From positions 512,001 to 576,000 of the forward strand of contig CP136572.1 in assembly GCA_035193785.1 (NCBI GenBank): a stretch of DNA of 64,000 nucleotides, read 5' to 3'. Shown here piece after piece: positions 63,348 through 64,000 of this stretch. The notes below the pieces were generated by a model. It was not told the DNA's origin. It saw only the letters and a program-made list of their open reading frames with translations, and ran no database searches. Source of the DNA: Planktothrix sp. GU0601_MAG3 (lineage in GTDB: Bacteria; Cyanobacteriota; Cyanobacteriia; Cyanobacteriales; Microcoleaceae). Within the stretch, counting starts at the first letter, position 1, and each line of letters opens with the position of its first letter. Made by a program: the position numbers and the translations under genes.

Positions 63348-64000
63348 TTAATAAGTTCTTCCTTTCCAGCTTCCCCCTTTTCCTCGCCAATATCTCAAGG
63401 CTGAATCTAAAGTCATTAACCCATATAAAAATCCAATCCAGGGTAAAGTTAACCCCCAAATGGGAGAAAGTTGATAGAGTTTTAGGGTGGGATAATAGGC
63501 AATTTCCATTAATACCCCCGTTAATAAAGCTAGGACTATAATTAATCCATTTCCCTGAACAATTCCCCAAATTAAACTCAGAGGAGACATTAAATAAATC
63601 AGAATCATCCCTATCAGGGTTAATCCTAATAAAATAGTGGAAAAATTCAGTTGACTAAATGCTGTCCTAGCTACCATATCCCAAATACTTGATAAATTAG
63701 GATAGGGTCTTAAACTATAGGTGGTTTCTGTTAACCCTAACCAAATAGGATAATAGGATTTTGAGGTAAAAGGAAAGATAAAACTCCCCAGAGAAAATCC
63801 CTGGTTATTCGGGGAATTCAATTTCACCGCTTGTGCTAGGGAAACAATCATCAATTAAAGCTTGTTTTAATATTGCTAAACCCCCAATTCTAGTTAATGC
63901 TTCCTGACGAATTAAAATACATCCTCCTGCGGCTGCTGCGAGTTGACTTTGGGGATGATTTACCCAACGAAAAGGATATAATTTTTGAAAGAAAAATACA
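63348..64000 (-). CDS. Family 2 glycosyltransferase (HpnB-like), C-terminal part; frameshift at 63841
   Basis: FFFQKLYPFRWVN..AAAAGGCILIR..ALIDDCSLAQAVK, W.MVARTAF.QL, GGSWKGRTY. Confidence 0.8.

Overview
A 64 kb chromosomal segment from a filamentous cyanobacterium, probably Oscillatoriales / Planktothrix-like (inferred from HIP1 GCGATCGC sites, chlB, petL, heptamer repeats and AGAAACCCGGTTTCT repeats). Housekeeping genes are sigG plus anti-sigma, gyrB with two inteins, miaA, an M16 peptidase pair, pepP, chlB, ftsY, nusB, aroB, petL and an NFACT/RqcH gene. Three accessory/defence patches lie between them. At 1.9-5.5 kb, a wHTH-NB-ARC gene is divergent from an AIPR-cold-shock fusion. At 24.5-29.5 kb are VapBC, Phd-ParE/RelE and an MTase-Mrr fusion divergent from a second wHTH-NB-ARC gene. 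At 33.5-39.8 kb are a MITE-captured gene, an AbiE-like type IV TA pair, a HicAB-like pair and a two-subunit R-M system. Three observations stand out. (1) All 28 short-indel frameshifts I could reconstruct in otherwise intact genes can be explained by an A/T insertion in one 4-mer (GAAC->GAAAC or GTTC->GTTTC). This is the classic Dnd phosphorothioate motif, so the split genes are probably a sequencing footprint of a DNA modification rather than pseudogenes. (2) Twice, a wHTH-STAND ATPase sits divergently from a defence gene, with 10-bp-phased direct repeats next to its own -10 box. (3) A 518-bp MITE-derived unit with a 5-bp target duplication has captured a gene fragment using a surrogate end. 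All family assignments come from reading motifs by eye; no database searches were run.
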